The notes under the pieces: model-generated
Databases searched by the model: none
What the model was told of the DNA's origin: nothing
The model's input: only the letters and a program-made list of their open reading frames with translations
DNA from: Ylistrum balloti
Taxonomy: Eukaryota
Direction: 5' to 3'
DNA: 64,000 bases
Assembly: GCF_031769215.1 (NCBI RefSeq)
Contig: NW_026782299.1
Span: 1,736,001-1,800,000, forward strand
Shown: piece after piece, positions 51,137 through 63,482 of the stretch
Position numbering within the stretch: the first letter of the stretch is position 1
Layout of the letters: the number at the start of each line of letters is the position of its first letter
Made by a program: the position numbers and the translations under genes

Positions 51137-51462
51137 CTTGGACTTGTCTGTGGGGAAAGATACATTCTGTGATTGGCTGGGTTGTACCTGTAGAGACAGG
51201 TTCTGTGATTGGCTGGGTTGTACCTGTAGAGACATGTTCTGTGATTGACTGGGTTGTACCTGTAGAGACAGGTTCTGTGATTGGCTGGGTTGTACCTGTA
51301 GAGACAGGTTCTGTGATTGACTGGGTTGTACCTGTAGAGACAGGTTCTGTGACTGGCTGGGTTGTACCTGTAGAGACAGGTTCTGTGATTGGCTGGCTGA
51401 CTGGAGAGATTCGTCCTCTGATAAATCATTCTGATCCTCAATCCTATTTTTATACTTTAAGA
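51137..51462 (-). CDS. ACD: TPP1/ACD exon 11, with six 36-bp repeats encoding QNLSLQVQPSQS
   Basis: Acceptor TCTTGATTTTTACAG|TC (phase 1), donor CAAG|GTATGT (phase 0). Confidence 0.72.
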
Positions 51463-51489
51463 CTGTAAAAATCAAGAGTATTGATGAAA

Positions 51490-53600
51490 CAATGAATGCT
51501 TTCCGAAAATCACTTGATGTGACACAAAATTTTAACAATGCGCAATAATTATGTAAGTGAGGGATTTCAGATCCTGAATTTGGTATACAAAGTGCAATGC
51601 CTCTAAAACTGAAGGGTCGAGGGCCCTGAATTTGGTATACTGCCAATTCTCTTATTATGACCAATGTATACATAAAGTTTCTTAACCCGAATTTTAATGC
51701 AAGCGAAGTTATGCTCATGAAACAAAATTTTAATAACGGACAACAAATCTATGATTTAAGGGTTTGCAGACCCTAAAATTGATACACTGCACTTTGTTTT
51801 AGTGTGATAAATGTATAAACCAAGTTTTGTTATCCTGGCTTAAATGAATACAAAGTTATGCTATGGACAAAACAATTCTTACAAAAGGGTAATAAATTAT
51901 GTAATTAAAGGGTCTAAGGCCTTGTGTTTGCTTCACTGTGCACTGCACACTGTCTTAACATCAACAATGTATACACTAAGTTTCATTATCCATGTTTAAT
52001 TGTGGGGTAAGATATGCTAAAAACAAGACATTTTTAACAATGGGTAATAACTCTGTAATTGGAGAGTTGAGAGGCCCCAGAATTTAGCATATGGCAAATT
52101 GTCTTAGAATGCTTCATTATTCTAGTTTATATGCAAACAATTTAAAACTATGCTCTGCCCACTAAATTTTAACAAAGGTCAGGAACTCTAATCAAGGTGT
52201 TGAGGACCCTGAATTATGTACAATGCACATCGTTTTAGTATAATCAATGTATACACTAAGTTTCATTTCCCAAGTTTGAAAGCAAAGAAATTTAAAAAAA
52301 AAAGGGCAATAACTCCGTAATGGAGGTGTCAAAAGCCCTGAATTTGGTGCACTGTACAGTGCTCTTTGCCATAGTATGAAAAATTACTGTATACACCAAG
52401 TTTTATGATCCTTGCTGAACTTTTGGCAAAGTTATGCTCCAGACATGAAAAGATAGATGGAAAGACCGCAAAATGGATAGATACACAAAGCTGCAACTCT
52501 ACGCTTCCCCAAAATATTTGGGGGGAGCATACAAAAAAAAAAAAAAAAAACCATGAGAAACAGTGAAACTGAAGAATGCACGCCCTAAAATGACTTCACT
52601 GGACACAAAATTTTAAGAAAGGGCCATAACTCTCTAATTTTGGGGTCAAGGGCCCTTAATTTGGTACAAAGTATATTGTCTTATTATGATCAAATGTATA
52701 CACCAAGTTTCATGATTCTGGTTTAAATGCAAGCAAAGTTATGCTCATATCTAAATTTTTATTAATGGCCAATAATTCTGTTCTGAGAGGCCTGGGACAC
52801 CAACTTTGCTACACTGCATCTTGCTTTAGAATAACTGATGTATATATTATATTTCAATATCCTAGTTTAAACACAGTCAAAGTAATGCTCTGAACACAAA
52901 ATTTTAACAAAATGCCATAACTATTCAATTTAGAGGTCAATGGCACTGAATTTGGTACACAGCATATTGTCTAAGTATCATCAATGATTACACCAAGTTT
53001 CATGATAATTGCTTAACTGTTGGCAAAGTTCTGCTCCGCACAAATTTTTTTAACAAAGGGCAATAATTCTGAAACTGAGGAGTCAAAAGCCCTGAAGTTG
53101 GTACACTGGACATTGTGTATTCATAAAGTTTCATTATGCTAGTCTAAATGCAAGCAATCTAAAAGTGTGCTCTAGACACAAAATTTTAACATTAGACATA
53201 AACTCTGTTATTAAGGGGTTGCAGGCCTGAGTTTGGTATATTGTACATCATATTAGTACAATCAAAGTATATGCCATGCTTTGTTATCCTAGTTTTAATG
53301 CAAGCAAAGCTCTGCACATGACAAGATTTAATAAAGGCCAATGACTCTGTTCTGAGGGGGTCAGGGGCCCTGACTTGCCTACAATGCATCTTGCTTTTGT
53401 ATAACAGATGTATACATCATGTTTCAATATCCTAGTTTAAATGCAGGCAAAGTAACCCTCCAGACACAAATTTTTAACAAAGGGCAATAGACTTTGTAAT
53501 CAAGGGGTTGTGGGCCCTTACATTGGTACACTGCACATTGTCTTCCTATAATCAATGTATACATTAAGTTTCATTATCCTGCCTTTTTCATATTATGCAT
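51490..53600 (+). mobile_element. Stacked HINE-like elements with diverged internal satellite units of about 145 bp
   Basis: GCCCTGAATTTGG / TGTATACACxAAGTTTCAT / GCAAAGTTATGCTC recur every 135-155 bp; terminal hairpin GCTTCCCC...GGGGGAGC plus A-run at 52503-52550. Confidence 0.7.
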
Positions 53601-53939
53601 AATTAAGATGCAATTGCCAAATGCATTCATTCTTCAGCAAATTCTGGATAAGTGAGGTGAATTAGTTTGAAGCTATGAAAAAAAGGAGGAAAATATTAGT
53701 GTAACCAAGAATACATTATTTTTCTATGAACATTGCACACACAGCCAGCTGATTATGTAACTGGTTAAATACAATGAAAAGCCTAACAGATTTTAACAGA
53801 TAGTCAATCATCCTATCTAACAAATTTCCCATCACTATGATGTAGTGACTCCAGTAATGTCCCATTGTGACCGTAATGCAGTAAGTTCCCAAGAATGACT
53901 GGCTGTAGCCTTACACAAAGATATGATCAGGTGGGAATA

Positions 53940-54770
53940 TTCAGTTGTGACACCACCTGAAGCAGTGACCTAGGACGGTTGAGTTGTAACTTGACATGAA
54001 GTAGTGAACAAAGCATTTCAAGTTGTAACATTACCTGAAGTTGGGACCAAGGAATGTCCAGTTGTGACCTTACCAGAGGTATTTCGGAACATTTTTTCAG
54101 GTTGATATAGTCAACAGAATAATTTCTTATAATACAACCAGTAGAGATTAAAATGTCACATTTTGTTCACAACTTTATCACCTTCATCAGAATGAAGTGT
54201 ATTATCATTAATGTATGGGACGCCTGAGATGGTAAAGAACTGACAGACAAGAGGTAGTGATCCTGTAACGTCAAGTTGTAAAATTACACTGAGCCCAGGA
54301 ATGTCCAGTTGTGACCGTACCTGAAGTAGTGACCCAAGCATATCTAGTTGTGATCTTACCCTAGGTAGAGACCCAAGAATGTCTAGTTGCAACATCACAT
54401 GAGGAAGTGACAAAGGAATGTCCAGTTGTGACCGTACCTGATGTAGTGACCCAAGCATATCTAGTTGTGATCTTACCCTAGGTAGAGACCCAGGAATGTC
54501 TAGTTGCAACATCACATGAGGAAGTGACAAAGGAATGTCCAGTTGTGACCGTACCTGATGTAGTGACCCAAGCATATCTAGTTGTGATCTTACCCTAGGT
54601 AGAAACCCAGGAATGTCTAGTTGCAACATCACATGAGGAAGTGACAAAGAAATGTCCAGTTGTGACCGTACCTGAAGTAGGGACCCAAGAATGTCTAATT
54701 GCAACCAAACACAAATTTGTGACAAGAAGAAATATCCAGTTACAACTTTACATGAAGTGGAGAACACTTA
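53940..54770. repeat. 39-bp repeat arranged as a 117-bp trimer (about 3 copies) with degenerate flanks, intronic
   Basis: Three alternating 39-bp subunits (ATGTCCAGTTGTGACCGTACC.., ATATCTAGTTGTGATCTTACC.., ATGTCTAGTTGCAACATCACA..); explains ORF 54156-54767. Confidence 0.88.
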
Positions 54771-54959
54771 CAAACCATAGCATAGAAAACTTACTGCATG
54801 AAATAATCCTGTGATTATGTCCATTTGCAACTTTTCTTGAACGCTTACTCAAATGGCTGTTGTTAGGAATGTCCTTTTTTACCAGCAGATCAGAGAGTGA
54901 CCATCAGACCTTTACTGTCCAAGAGTGACATCCACACCTTTACTGTCCACACCACTTAC

Positions 54960-55830
54960 CTGATTGGCTTACTTCAGAAGATGTACTGTCATGGCTACTG
55001 TTGATGATGATAGCCTCATTAAACGAGTCCATAACAGATTGTGCTTCACCAGTCATACAGTGGTCTTCATCAGCACTCCTTGATATTGTCTCTTTGATTG
55101 CTGACCTATCCTTGCCTATTATTGCAGATTCTGGGGAGTTGTTCAAAATCTCTATAGATTCGTCCCCAAGATTTGGTTGGCCAGAAATGTCTTTGCTAAT
55201 CAAGGCTGTGTCTTCACTTCTTTCTAAAGAAGATCTTCCTCTTTTTCGTTTAGCACCAGAGAAAAATAGACGTCGCTTTGTTAATTGACTATCAGGTTCA
55301 CTGTCTGTTTGGGAAGATGGTGTCTCATCTTTAGTTACTTTATTGCTCACATCTTGATGTTTAACTGAAAGGAGTTGATCTTCTGTTTGATATCCATTAC
55401 AATTTGTTTGGAGCACATCTAGATCTTTTAAAGATGACATTTGCCTGTATAAAGTTGTCTCTGGCAATGATACCCTACACTGAGAGAAACTTTTACTGGG
55501 TGTAGCCAGTTTTTCTAGTCTCTCATCTTCCTCTCTTTCTAAAGCTTCCAAATATGCCTTGCATCGAGTTGGTGACACTGCATCTGCAATACTGGTGATC
55601 CTTTTTCTGTTGAAATCTACGATGGATCCATTCTCAGGGGACAGACACGGGACAAAGTGCTGGGACTCCTGATTAACTGGCATCTGTAATGACTGTGAAA
55701 TACTGATATTAGATCTCTTAATTGATCTTTGTTTTTTAGAAGGAGTAACTTCAAGTTCCGCATCAGCTAAAACCACATTTGAGCTCGTTGTTTTATCTGT
55801 ATTAACATCAATTTCAGCTAGAGGCAGATT
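54960..55830 (-). CDS. ACD: TPP1/ACD exon 10 (Ser/Thr-rich linker)
   Basis: Long open frame (track ORF 54940-55866), donor TCAG|GTAAGT phase 1; the phase-0 acceptor at 55830 is the least certain boundary of the model. Confidence 0.75.
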
Positions 55831-56004
55831 CTGTGTTTGATTGATTAAAGGACTGATGCTGGACAATGACCCACAGATTCAAGATGATTTGAACAATACA
55901 TTGCAATGACAGAATTGTGATAGATTGAATAAACAGATAAGTGATATATATGACATTAAAGATTAAATGATATTAACCATTAAGGCAAACTTTAAGTCAC
56001 TTAC

Positions 56005-56045
56005 ATGATTATCTGTTCTTTCCTCTGGTGTAACATCCTTTCTCC
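56005..56045 (-). CDS. ACD: TPP1/ACD exon 9 (GRKDVTPEERTDNH)
   Basis: TTTTAATAG|GG ... CAT|GTAAGT, phase 1-0. Confidence 0.7.
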
Positions 56046-56350
56046 CTATTAAAATCAAATGCCGATCTTACTTTTGACATCTGTAGTCAGCCCTGTTAGT
56101 CTGATATAATTCCAAACAGTGACAGACCTATCTTATCAACAATTAAACAAACTTGTCACAAGCAACAATATTGAAGAAATTATTTGTGCACCCCGATTTC
56201 AGCCATTTCATAACAACATTATCATGCAACTATGGTATTTATTATCAAACATAACTTTGCAAATGTAGAAAAGCATTTGATTTTGCCTTTATTTATTTTT
56301 ATACAAATACCGACCTTATACCTCAAACTAACGATGGTTTACATCGATAC

Positions 56351-56503
56351 CTTTTTTCAGAGATGATGGTTGACATAATGTCTCCATGCTTGATACATCA
56401 TCCACTAACGTGTGCGTCACATAGCTGACAGTCTTGTCACTAGAGCCCGTCTCCTCTGAACTGGCTGTTACACCAATTTCTGGCATGTAACCTTCTTTCC
56501 ACT
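56351..56503 (-). CDS. ACD: TPP1/ACD exon 8 (EWKEGYMPEIG...SSLKK)
   Basis: TGTTGTAAG|AG ... AAAG|GTATCG, phase 1-1, open frame. Confidence 0.72.
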
Positions 56504-57408
56504 CTTACAACATAATTATGTTATGGTATAAATGTTACAATATTGAACTTTCATGTTGACTTTAAACTACTACAGTCTTTGTAATCAAAATAACTACAAT
56601 TTCGTGAAAATGGAGATAAAAACTGACTGATGATTACAAATTATCAAAATAGGATTGATTGACTTGTAAACTACTAAAAACCTCTTAAACAAGGCTGAAA
56701 TCAGTCAGCAATATAAGACTATTCATTTCAAGTACCTGTGCACTTAATAAATATAACAGTACTGTTAAAGTGGTTTTATTTTGGGTCTTTTTTGGCTGGA
56801 TAAATTTTTTGTCCTTTGGATGTGCAAAAACAATTAAGCATTAAAAACAGACTTTAGAGTTCAATATTGCCTGGCAAATTCCTACTTCCAAAAGTCAGTA
56901 AAAAAACACCTTTTGAAATGATATCTGAATTAAAAAAAAAAACAATTTGAGAAATTTTCAAAGTCCTTGCTTCACTTGCATGGCTCCAAGAATCAGTGCA
57001 ATGATGGAGCATGAAATCCATTGATCAGGTAAATATGTTATCTATAAGGGACTCAATTTTCACAAGAACTGTATTTTGCAGTTGAAATATAATTGCGGAA
57101 AATTATGAAAATTCGAAACACATAAAAATAACAACTTGTGGTTTAATATAACAAGAACTGATGTTAGCTGACAATTCCGCTTATCAACTTCTTTTCTCTA
57201 AACATTCCAAGAGATTTTAGATTTGGTGACATTTGCTTACTATGTATCTGGTACAAAAACTAAGATCAAATTTGAACTCAAAATCAACACATGATTGGTA
57301 AATAGCTTCAACAAAACAACCAAATACACAGGCTAAATCTATAATTTGTGTATATCCAACAGCTGACTACAGAGTTTAGGAATGACTTTGTAAAGACAAC
57401 ACGCTCAC

Positions 57409-57519
57409 CTGCAATATCCTGTAAAATAACCTGCTCATGTTCTGGTATCAAGAAATCTCTAACTATAAATGGTCTTCTCAAATCCTCGGTAATGGACAGT
57501 TCTTTGTTGTATACCATCT
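57409..57519 (-). CDS. ACD: TPP1/ACD exon 7 (MVYNKE...DFLIPEHEQVILQDIA)
   Basis: GCGTTTTCAG|AG ... GCAG|GTGAGC; FLIPEHEQVILQDI resembles human TPP1 LCISENDQLILSSL of the POT1-binding region (recalled sequence). Confidence 0.8.
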
Positions 57520-57670
57520 CTGAAAACGCATAGAAATAGCATAGTTAATTCCACTTAAGTTTGAGGAAGTTTAAAATCTTTATACAAGGGCATGAATCAA
57601 ATCATATTTTCTTCCCATTTAAATATCTTAAAAAGAAAATCACCCCTGCAACACATCTGTATTTATTGTA

Positions 57671-58260
57671 AAACAAGAGGCCCACTGAGCCAGCGTTGCT
57701 CACCCAGAACTCATTGTTGCCTTGTATATGAATCATGAACATCTCTTTCTGAAAACTTTGTTAGGCTCCATCCTAGGTGACTACAAACCATATATCATGA
57801 TCTAACCATGATGTAGACTTTTACAGATTTGTTAATCAGGCCATCATTTGAATGTTGTGGCCTTTAATATGGATCATTTATTTTTTGCAAACTTCATTTG
57901 GCATCATCCTACCAACCTACCACATCATCATCAAAGTATTTTATTGCAGTTGATCAGAAGAAATTGTTTTGAAGGTTTTAACTTATTTGACACCTGTGTC
58001 CTTGAAAATGGGTCAAGGATAATTCTTTTCAGAAATTTTGTTGGGCTTCATTGCAGGAACCTGTCAGCTAACATCATTATTCTAGACCTTGTAGTTAATT
58101 AGCAGAAGTTGTTTAATGGGTTTGGCCTATGATTTCTGTGAGCTTGAATATGGGTCATGGTCACTCCTTTCTGCAAATTTTGATGGGGTTTACTCAAAGG
58201 AGCCTAATGTCAAATACAGGCTGGACTTATTGATGGATAACACCTCATGGAATAAGCTAA
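57671..58260 (+). mobile_element. HINE-like element fragment in a TPP1 intron
   Basis: Starts AAACAAGAGGCCC, as the 9076 copy does; internal TTGGCxTCAT...CTAxTGTCAxxTAxCA repeats. Confidence 0.55.
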
Positions 58261-58377
58261 CTTGCCATTTAGATGAACTAAAACAATAGCTTTATCAAAT
58301 TCATCTTTTGTTTTCTTTTGCACTTGAATCTGTACCATATAAACGCCATATGGCAATCAAAACACTTAAGACCTTAC

Positions 58378-58730
58378 GTTTCCATGTTGTCTTTCTCGTC
58401 GTTTTCTCCCGACTTCCATGCATTACTGTATCTTCATCCATTTCAGCCAAGTCTTTCTTCTTACCCTGCCAAACTTTTTCATCTTGTATATGCAAACTGT
58501 CTGTAACCCTTTTTGTGCTTTGTCCGGTTGCCATGTTTTTTGATCCCTCCATAGTCCTTTTCTTGGTTTTTTTCTTTGGAGTCACATCTTTTGGTGTATC
58601 ATTGACATCTTTTGCGATTTCCTCCAGAAGTTGTGTAACAGAAATACTAGACATTGATTCATTTTGTTGTGATAAATCTGATGTTATTGGCATGGTATTT
58701 CTCAGCACTTCTTCTCTTTGCCATTCAATT
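58378..58730 (-). CDS. ACD: TPP1/ACD exon 6 (IEWQREEV...SISVTQLLEEIAKD...TTWK)
   Basis: CCTTTTCAG|A ... AAAC|GTAAGG; ISVTQLLEEI resembles human LSLSQLLDEM (recalled sequence). Confidence 0.82.
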
Positions 58731-58789
58731 CTGAAAAGGTGAAGAAAATTGGTACTTTTTCTGGTATCCAAATAAAAACAATAAATCAG

Positions 58790-59900
58790 AGAAAACCAAA
58801 AAAATGTACCAGTTAGAGTTGGGTCTAAAGTCACACCTCACAGATAAAGGAAAGTCCAAAATTGAAAGATATATCAAAAAAGTAAGGTACGAGTCCGGGA
58901 AATTACTGACATATCAGTTGTAATGAGGTCATAGGTGGGGCCAAATCTTATCCTATCATAAATCTCCATACGAGGTAGTCTAAGGGTTAAAAATATTAAA
59001 TATTATCTCTGTTTTCCTGGCTATTGTTTCATAACATTGTCAACAAACGGAGATATCTCACTGGTCAAAGTCACCAGTATCTCTGGTCAAAGTAAGGTAC
59101 GACAATCTATCCAAGATAGTAGACATTAGAGTTCAAGGGGAGTGCTTGCAACTAAGTCCTCCCTACCTCTGATCAATATGGTTTTCACCAGGGGATGAAG
59201 ATTATTTGAGGTAAAATACATTAAATGCAGGAAAGTCTCACAAAGTGGGACAAGTGGCCATTACTCACCTGGATTTTAAAGCCTAGCAATGGTATACATG
59301 CCTAAAGGTTAGGTATTTCAAATATTTTCAAATTACAGCTCAGTCACTTATCCCCTTTGGTAAGACCAATGGGTAAATTCTTATCTCCCGACCGTTTCCT
59401 TCTTTTGATTACTGCTCTACTGCTTCAAAGATGTAACACTAAAACTTAGTCTCTTCAGGTGGGGTCAGACTCCAGGGCAAATTCTTACATCACAGTTTTG
59501 TTTAACTCTCTATTCCCAACAATGCTATATATGGTTGTGGAGAGGAGATCTTGACTATTTCAAAGATATAGCCAATTTCCAGGATTGGGTCCCTTTTACC
59601 CAAAGTGCTTCACACCAAATTTGGGCAAAATCTAATCATTCCTACAGGAGGAGCAGGATTTTATAGAACTTCTGAAACTCCCCTTTTGGGCTCTGCCCCT
59701 CAGGCCCTGGGGGATCAGGACACATCATTTATATTAAATATGTTCCATTTCTCTCAAGGATGCTTTTGACCAAAGTTGGTCGAAATCTGCTCAGTCATTC
59801 AAGACTAGTAGTGATTTTTAGAAGAAGTTGATAGATGATGTCTGATGGATGGTAGACCCCACACCATGCACCAAAAGCAAAATGTCAGCTCTCAAAGAAC
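58790..59900 (+). mobile_element. HINE-like element(s) in TPP1 intron 5
   Basis: GGTCAAAGTCACC, CACCAAATTTGG and GACCAAAGTTGG motifs and a GATAGATGATG...GATGGATGG tail; related to 43040-43544. Confidence 0.55.
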
Positions 59901-60008
59901 CATTTTTTTTTGTGCAGGAATCATCAACCTGCATGAACATCACTAGCAAGGACAACTTTCTGGTTTCCTTCCCTGCTCTATCATTTTACGCTAGAGAGGA
60001 CAACTCAC

Positions 60009-60062
60009 TGCTTTTCTTCCCATAGGTCTTTCATTTTCCTTTGTATTCTTGCATCTTGATCA
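60009..60062 (-). CDS. ACD: TPP1/ACD exon 5 (CDQDARIQRKMKDLWEEK)
   Basis: TTTTATTGCAG|T ... AGCA|GTGAGT; resembles human CNQDLDVQKKLYDCLEEH (recalled sequence); the split codon restores the Cys. Confidence 0.85.
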
Positions 60063-61137
60063 CTGCAATAAAAATGTTTTGTCTGTGAACAATTGTGATG
60101 ATAATAAGACTTAAGGGTAACTATGGACAAATGATAGACACAATTAGTAACCCTTTTAGTCGTGCTTAATGTGATTATAAAACAGAATAAAGATTTCAAG
60201 AGGTCGTCATTTGTACTAAAATTAGTTGATGTTACAGAATATATGGATAGCAGTTAATCATTTGCTGTCAAAATGTCTTCAAATCCACAGCATCATTTTT
60301 TGAAATCAATAAAACACTTATTATGACAATTTAAAATTTTGGTTCCATAACTAGACAGGTACAAACTGATATAACCTGCAAATAAGAGAAATGTCTGTGT
60401 ATTTACAGGGATATCACTTATACCAAATCTGGCTCCTCAGCCAAAATAACAGATATGTGTAAAGAAAGTGCTTCATATTCTAGTGAAAACAAGCTCATCA
60501 ACTACCTCTCAATCCATTAGCTATACATAAATGAACAAAGCTGTTGATATTACATTAACACTGAGCCAAACTCACATAATCATTCATCCAAGTAAATATG
60601 AATTATTTTTCCCACAATGCAATATGTTAGCAATGAAATATACCAGGAAAAAAAGAAAAAAAAAAGCTGCTGGTGTCAAGGTAAAGATAGTGTTTTTATT
60701 AAACTACATTTTAATTTAAGGGGAAACAAAGCCTACTATAGTTCAGAGTCTTTAAAGAACAGATAAGAGATTGTTGGTGTCCTACAACAAGCATCTATTT
60801 TATATATATTTCAGTCATGATCAATTGTTTAGCTAAAATCGACAAGCCAAATATTAACATCAATTCTGTATTTTCCCAAGTAAGCACACCTGATCCTGTT
60901 ATCTGGTTTTTTAAGGGGCTTAATATTTCAAATGCAATATCTTTCAGAACTGTCAGGAATTAGGTCCACAGCTCAGTATAAAGAACCCTTAACCGGTGTA
61001 AAATGGTAATTCTGTCTCGTTAATTTTCCAACAATAAAAAAGTGTAGTACAGTTCTGTGGTGAAAAGTAGTGCATTAGTTTGTTGGATGAACAGATGTGT
61101 TTTCTGTAAGAAAGTAATTTATGGAGGGATATAGTAC

Positions 61138-61226
61138 CAGTGGATGAGTCTGTGTTTTCTTTGGAAGCCTTCCTGCAGATCCCAGAGTCTGAAGTTGTCA
61201 ATATGGAGAACAAATTCACACTTGGC
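61138..61226 (-). CDS. ACD: TPP1/ACD exon 4 (AKCEFVLHIDNFRLWDLQEGFQRKHRLIH)
   Basis: TTGTTTCCACAG|GCC; EFVLHIDNFRL resembles human EFYLQVDRFSL. Donor TG|GTACTA is weak but gives the correct phase. Confidence 0.82.
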
Positions 61227-61510
61227 CTGTGGAAACAATTACCATCAGCATTACCCTATTGGGAATACCAGTGTTATCCAGCATTTTATAGTCATTTCTG
61301 ATTATCTGTTCCAACAGAATATTGATCAATAAGAATCTAATAGAAGCGGATATGCTTTACATGGTCAACTGTCATCAGATTATAAAGAAGTGATTCAATT
61401 TCATATTAAAGAAATATTCACTCATGGTCATCATGAATTTCAGATCTGGCTTAAAATCTAAGCAGTTTTGCAGGAAAATATATTGATGACATTTTCATGG
61501 AAATAAATAC

Positions 61511-61604
61511 CAGATTTTTGTGAGGTCGAAATTCTGTGTGGTACTTGCAGACCAGCAGTAAAGCCTGGTTCCATTCTACAGGGCAGCTGTTGGAATCCTC
61601 CAGT
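61511..61604 (-). CDS. ACD: TPP1/ACD exon 3 (LEDSNSCPVEWNQALLLVCKYHTEFRPHKNL)
   Basis: GTGTTGCAG|A ... CTG|GTATTT, phase 2-0. Confidence 0.82.
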
Positions 61605-62319
61605 CTGCAACACACGAGTTGGTATAAATATGAATAACTACGAGGTGTTTAACCATTCTCAAGATTTGTTATCAAAACAAGATGAACAGTAACATATGTC
61701 AACAAATACCATACATGCATCTGTAATGCTAAGCCGTAATCATTTATCTTGAGTGGAAAATTGTACAGCATCAGACTTTGCAACATCAGGTGATATTTAA
61801 TCTCTCCTCCAGTGGTTCATATTCCTCAGAAAGCTGATATTACAGGCAATCCCTGTGCTGTTGTGGTTGCGTCAATATTTTATTTGAATTACTATAGCTC
61901 TGGTTAACATTAAACAGACCTCCCACACAATGATGATGTTCAGTAATGTAGCCACAAACTACACAAGACCGCACCTCAAAAGGACTCTGCATAGCAACAA
62001 GGAGAAACACAGCCAACCAACAAAATTGAAAGTTTCAATACTAGAATTTGTCTTTTCTTCTTTTCTCTTACAAACATGATGCCATACCTGATCCAATAAG
62101 TCTAATGTGAATAAAGATACTTCAAACAATTATTAATAACTGACTTTTTTATAAGTTAATAAAGATTTGTTGTGCCTGCCACAACCTCATGAAATATCAC
62201 ATGATTTCTGATTTGAAGAAGGCAAAACTCAAATGTTGGATATCTTCATATTGCATTTTAAAAGTTTAGAATAAAGTTACAAATATTGCCTTAGACATAC
62301 TAATGCAACATTAACTCAC

Positions 62320-62426
62320 TCCTGTCTAAATTTCTGCACAGCATCTGCTGAGAAGACAGCTCTAATGATAACCTCTCTGTCTGCAACGTCTCGCACCACA
62401 CTGCCATCACCCAGTATCTCTATATC
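62320..62426 (-). CDS. ACD: TPP1/ACD exon 2 (DIEILGDGSVVRDVADREVIIRAVFSADAVQKFRQE)
   Basis: GTTCTTGCAG|GAT ... AGGA|GTGAGT; VADREVIIRAVFSADAV resembles human VSDGTHSVRCLVTREAL of the OB fold. Confidence 0.85.
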
Positions 62427-63134
62427 CTGCAAGAACAATCAATAATTATTTTGTGCTCAACTTCACATTTTCAATGACTACATTACAATTAAGTGTATAT
62501 GGATAATAATCAGTTGTCGACTGACGCTTCGTTGTATATCTACATCAATAACCCCAACCAGAAAACTGCAGCAATCAAACCGATACCTTTTCACTTTATA
62601 AAATACTCATAGACATATACATGTTTGTGTGCTTCAATCATAAAGTAATCATCTTGACCAGGTCTACCATTGATCATAACATGATACCAGTAAATAGATA
62701 TGACCAAATAGGGGTATTTACTTACAATACAAAAGCAGTAAATTTTGAAAATAATTTGAATTCTTTTAAATATGCAAGTTATTCCTGGCATCACATCATT
62801 TGGTTTTAGAATATGTCATCAAATACATACTTTATATGTTGTTTTTTTGAGTCCGGTGAAGAGTATTTGTCTAATCCTGGACAGGAAATCAATTTAACTT
62901 GAAGTAGTTTTTTTCGTGTGTCGAGTCTGTTTTCTTTATTTTGGGAGCTTTTTTCGAATTCATATTTGCATTTAGCTCAAATAAATACTTTCTCAATCAC
63001 GAACGGAAACATTTTGGCATGTGTGCAAGATCTGGGTGAATATGAGAAAGACTTTGGCATTTAGTGGTACCGTTCGGACCCTTTCTAATCCCTTACCACC
63101 TTGTAACTAAAGTCGTGAGTATCGGGACACGTAC

Positions 63135-63251
63135 TCTAATTACGTCAATGGTTTGACTTTTCTGTTTTCGTGTTGGACTGCAAATACAATTGACAATCCA
63201 TGGGTGTTGTTTTAAAGAACAGTTATGTGAACCAAATTTCGATCGAGACAT
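63135..63251 (-). CDS. ACD: TPP1/ACD exon 1 (MSRSKF...QHPWIVNCI...SQTIDVIR)
   Basis: ATG at 63251, donor AGA|GTACGT; PWI motif typical of the TPP1/Est3 N-terminus. Confidence 0.82.
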
Positions 63252-63482
63252 CTTGAATCCATCACAACTCTTTTTGGATCTTTCCCGCCATCTTGTGCAA
63301 ATAATACTCTTCAACAAATGTTTCGGGTTAAATGCATAATATTTCGAACGTATTTTCTTTTTCAGCAAGTCATCTATCTCTAATGAAAAATATTTTTAAC
63401 GAACCTTTAATTATTTGATTAGCCAGAGTTATATATATATTTCGAAATAGCAATGTTTCAAGGATAGTTCACCAATAGGTTC

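Noticed and set aside
63252-63368. N-terminal extension of TPP1 analogous to the human long isoform
   Set aside because: The frame is open but has no upstream ATG (track start is TTG); unsupported without ribosome profiling.
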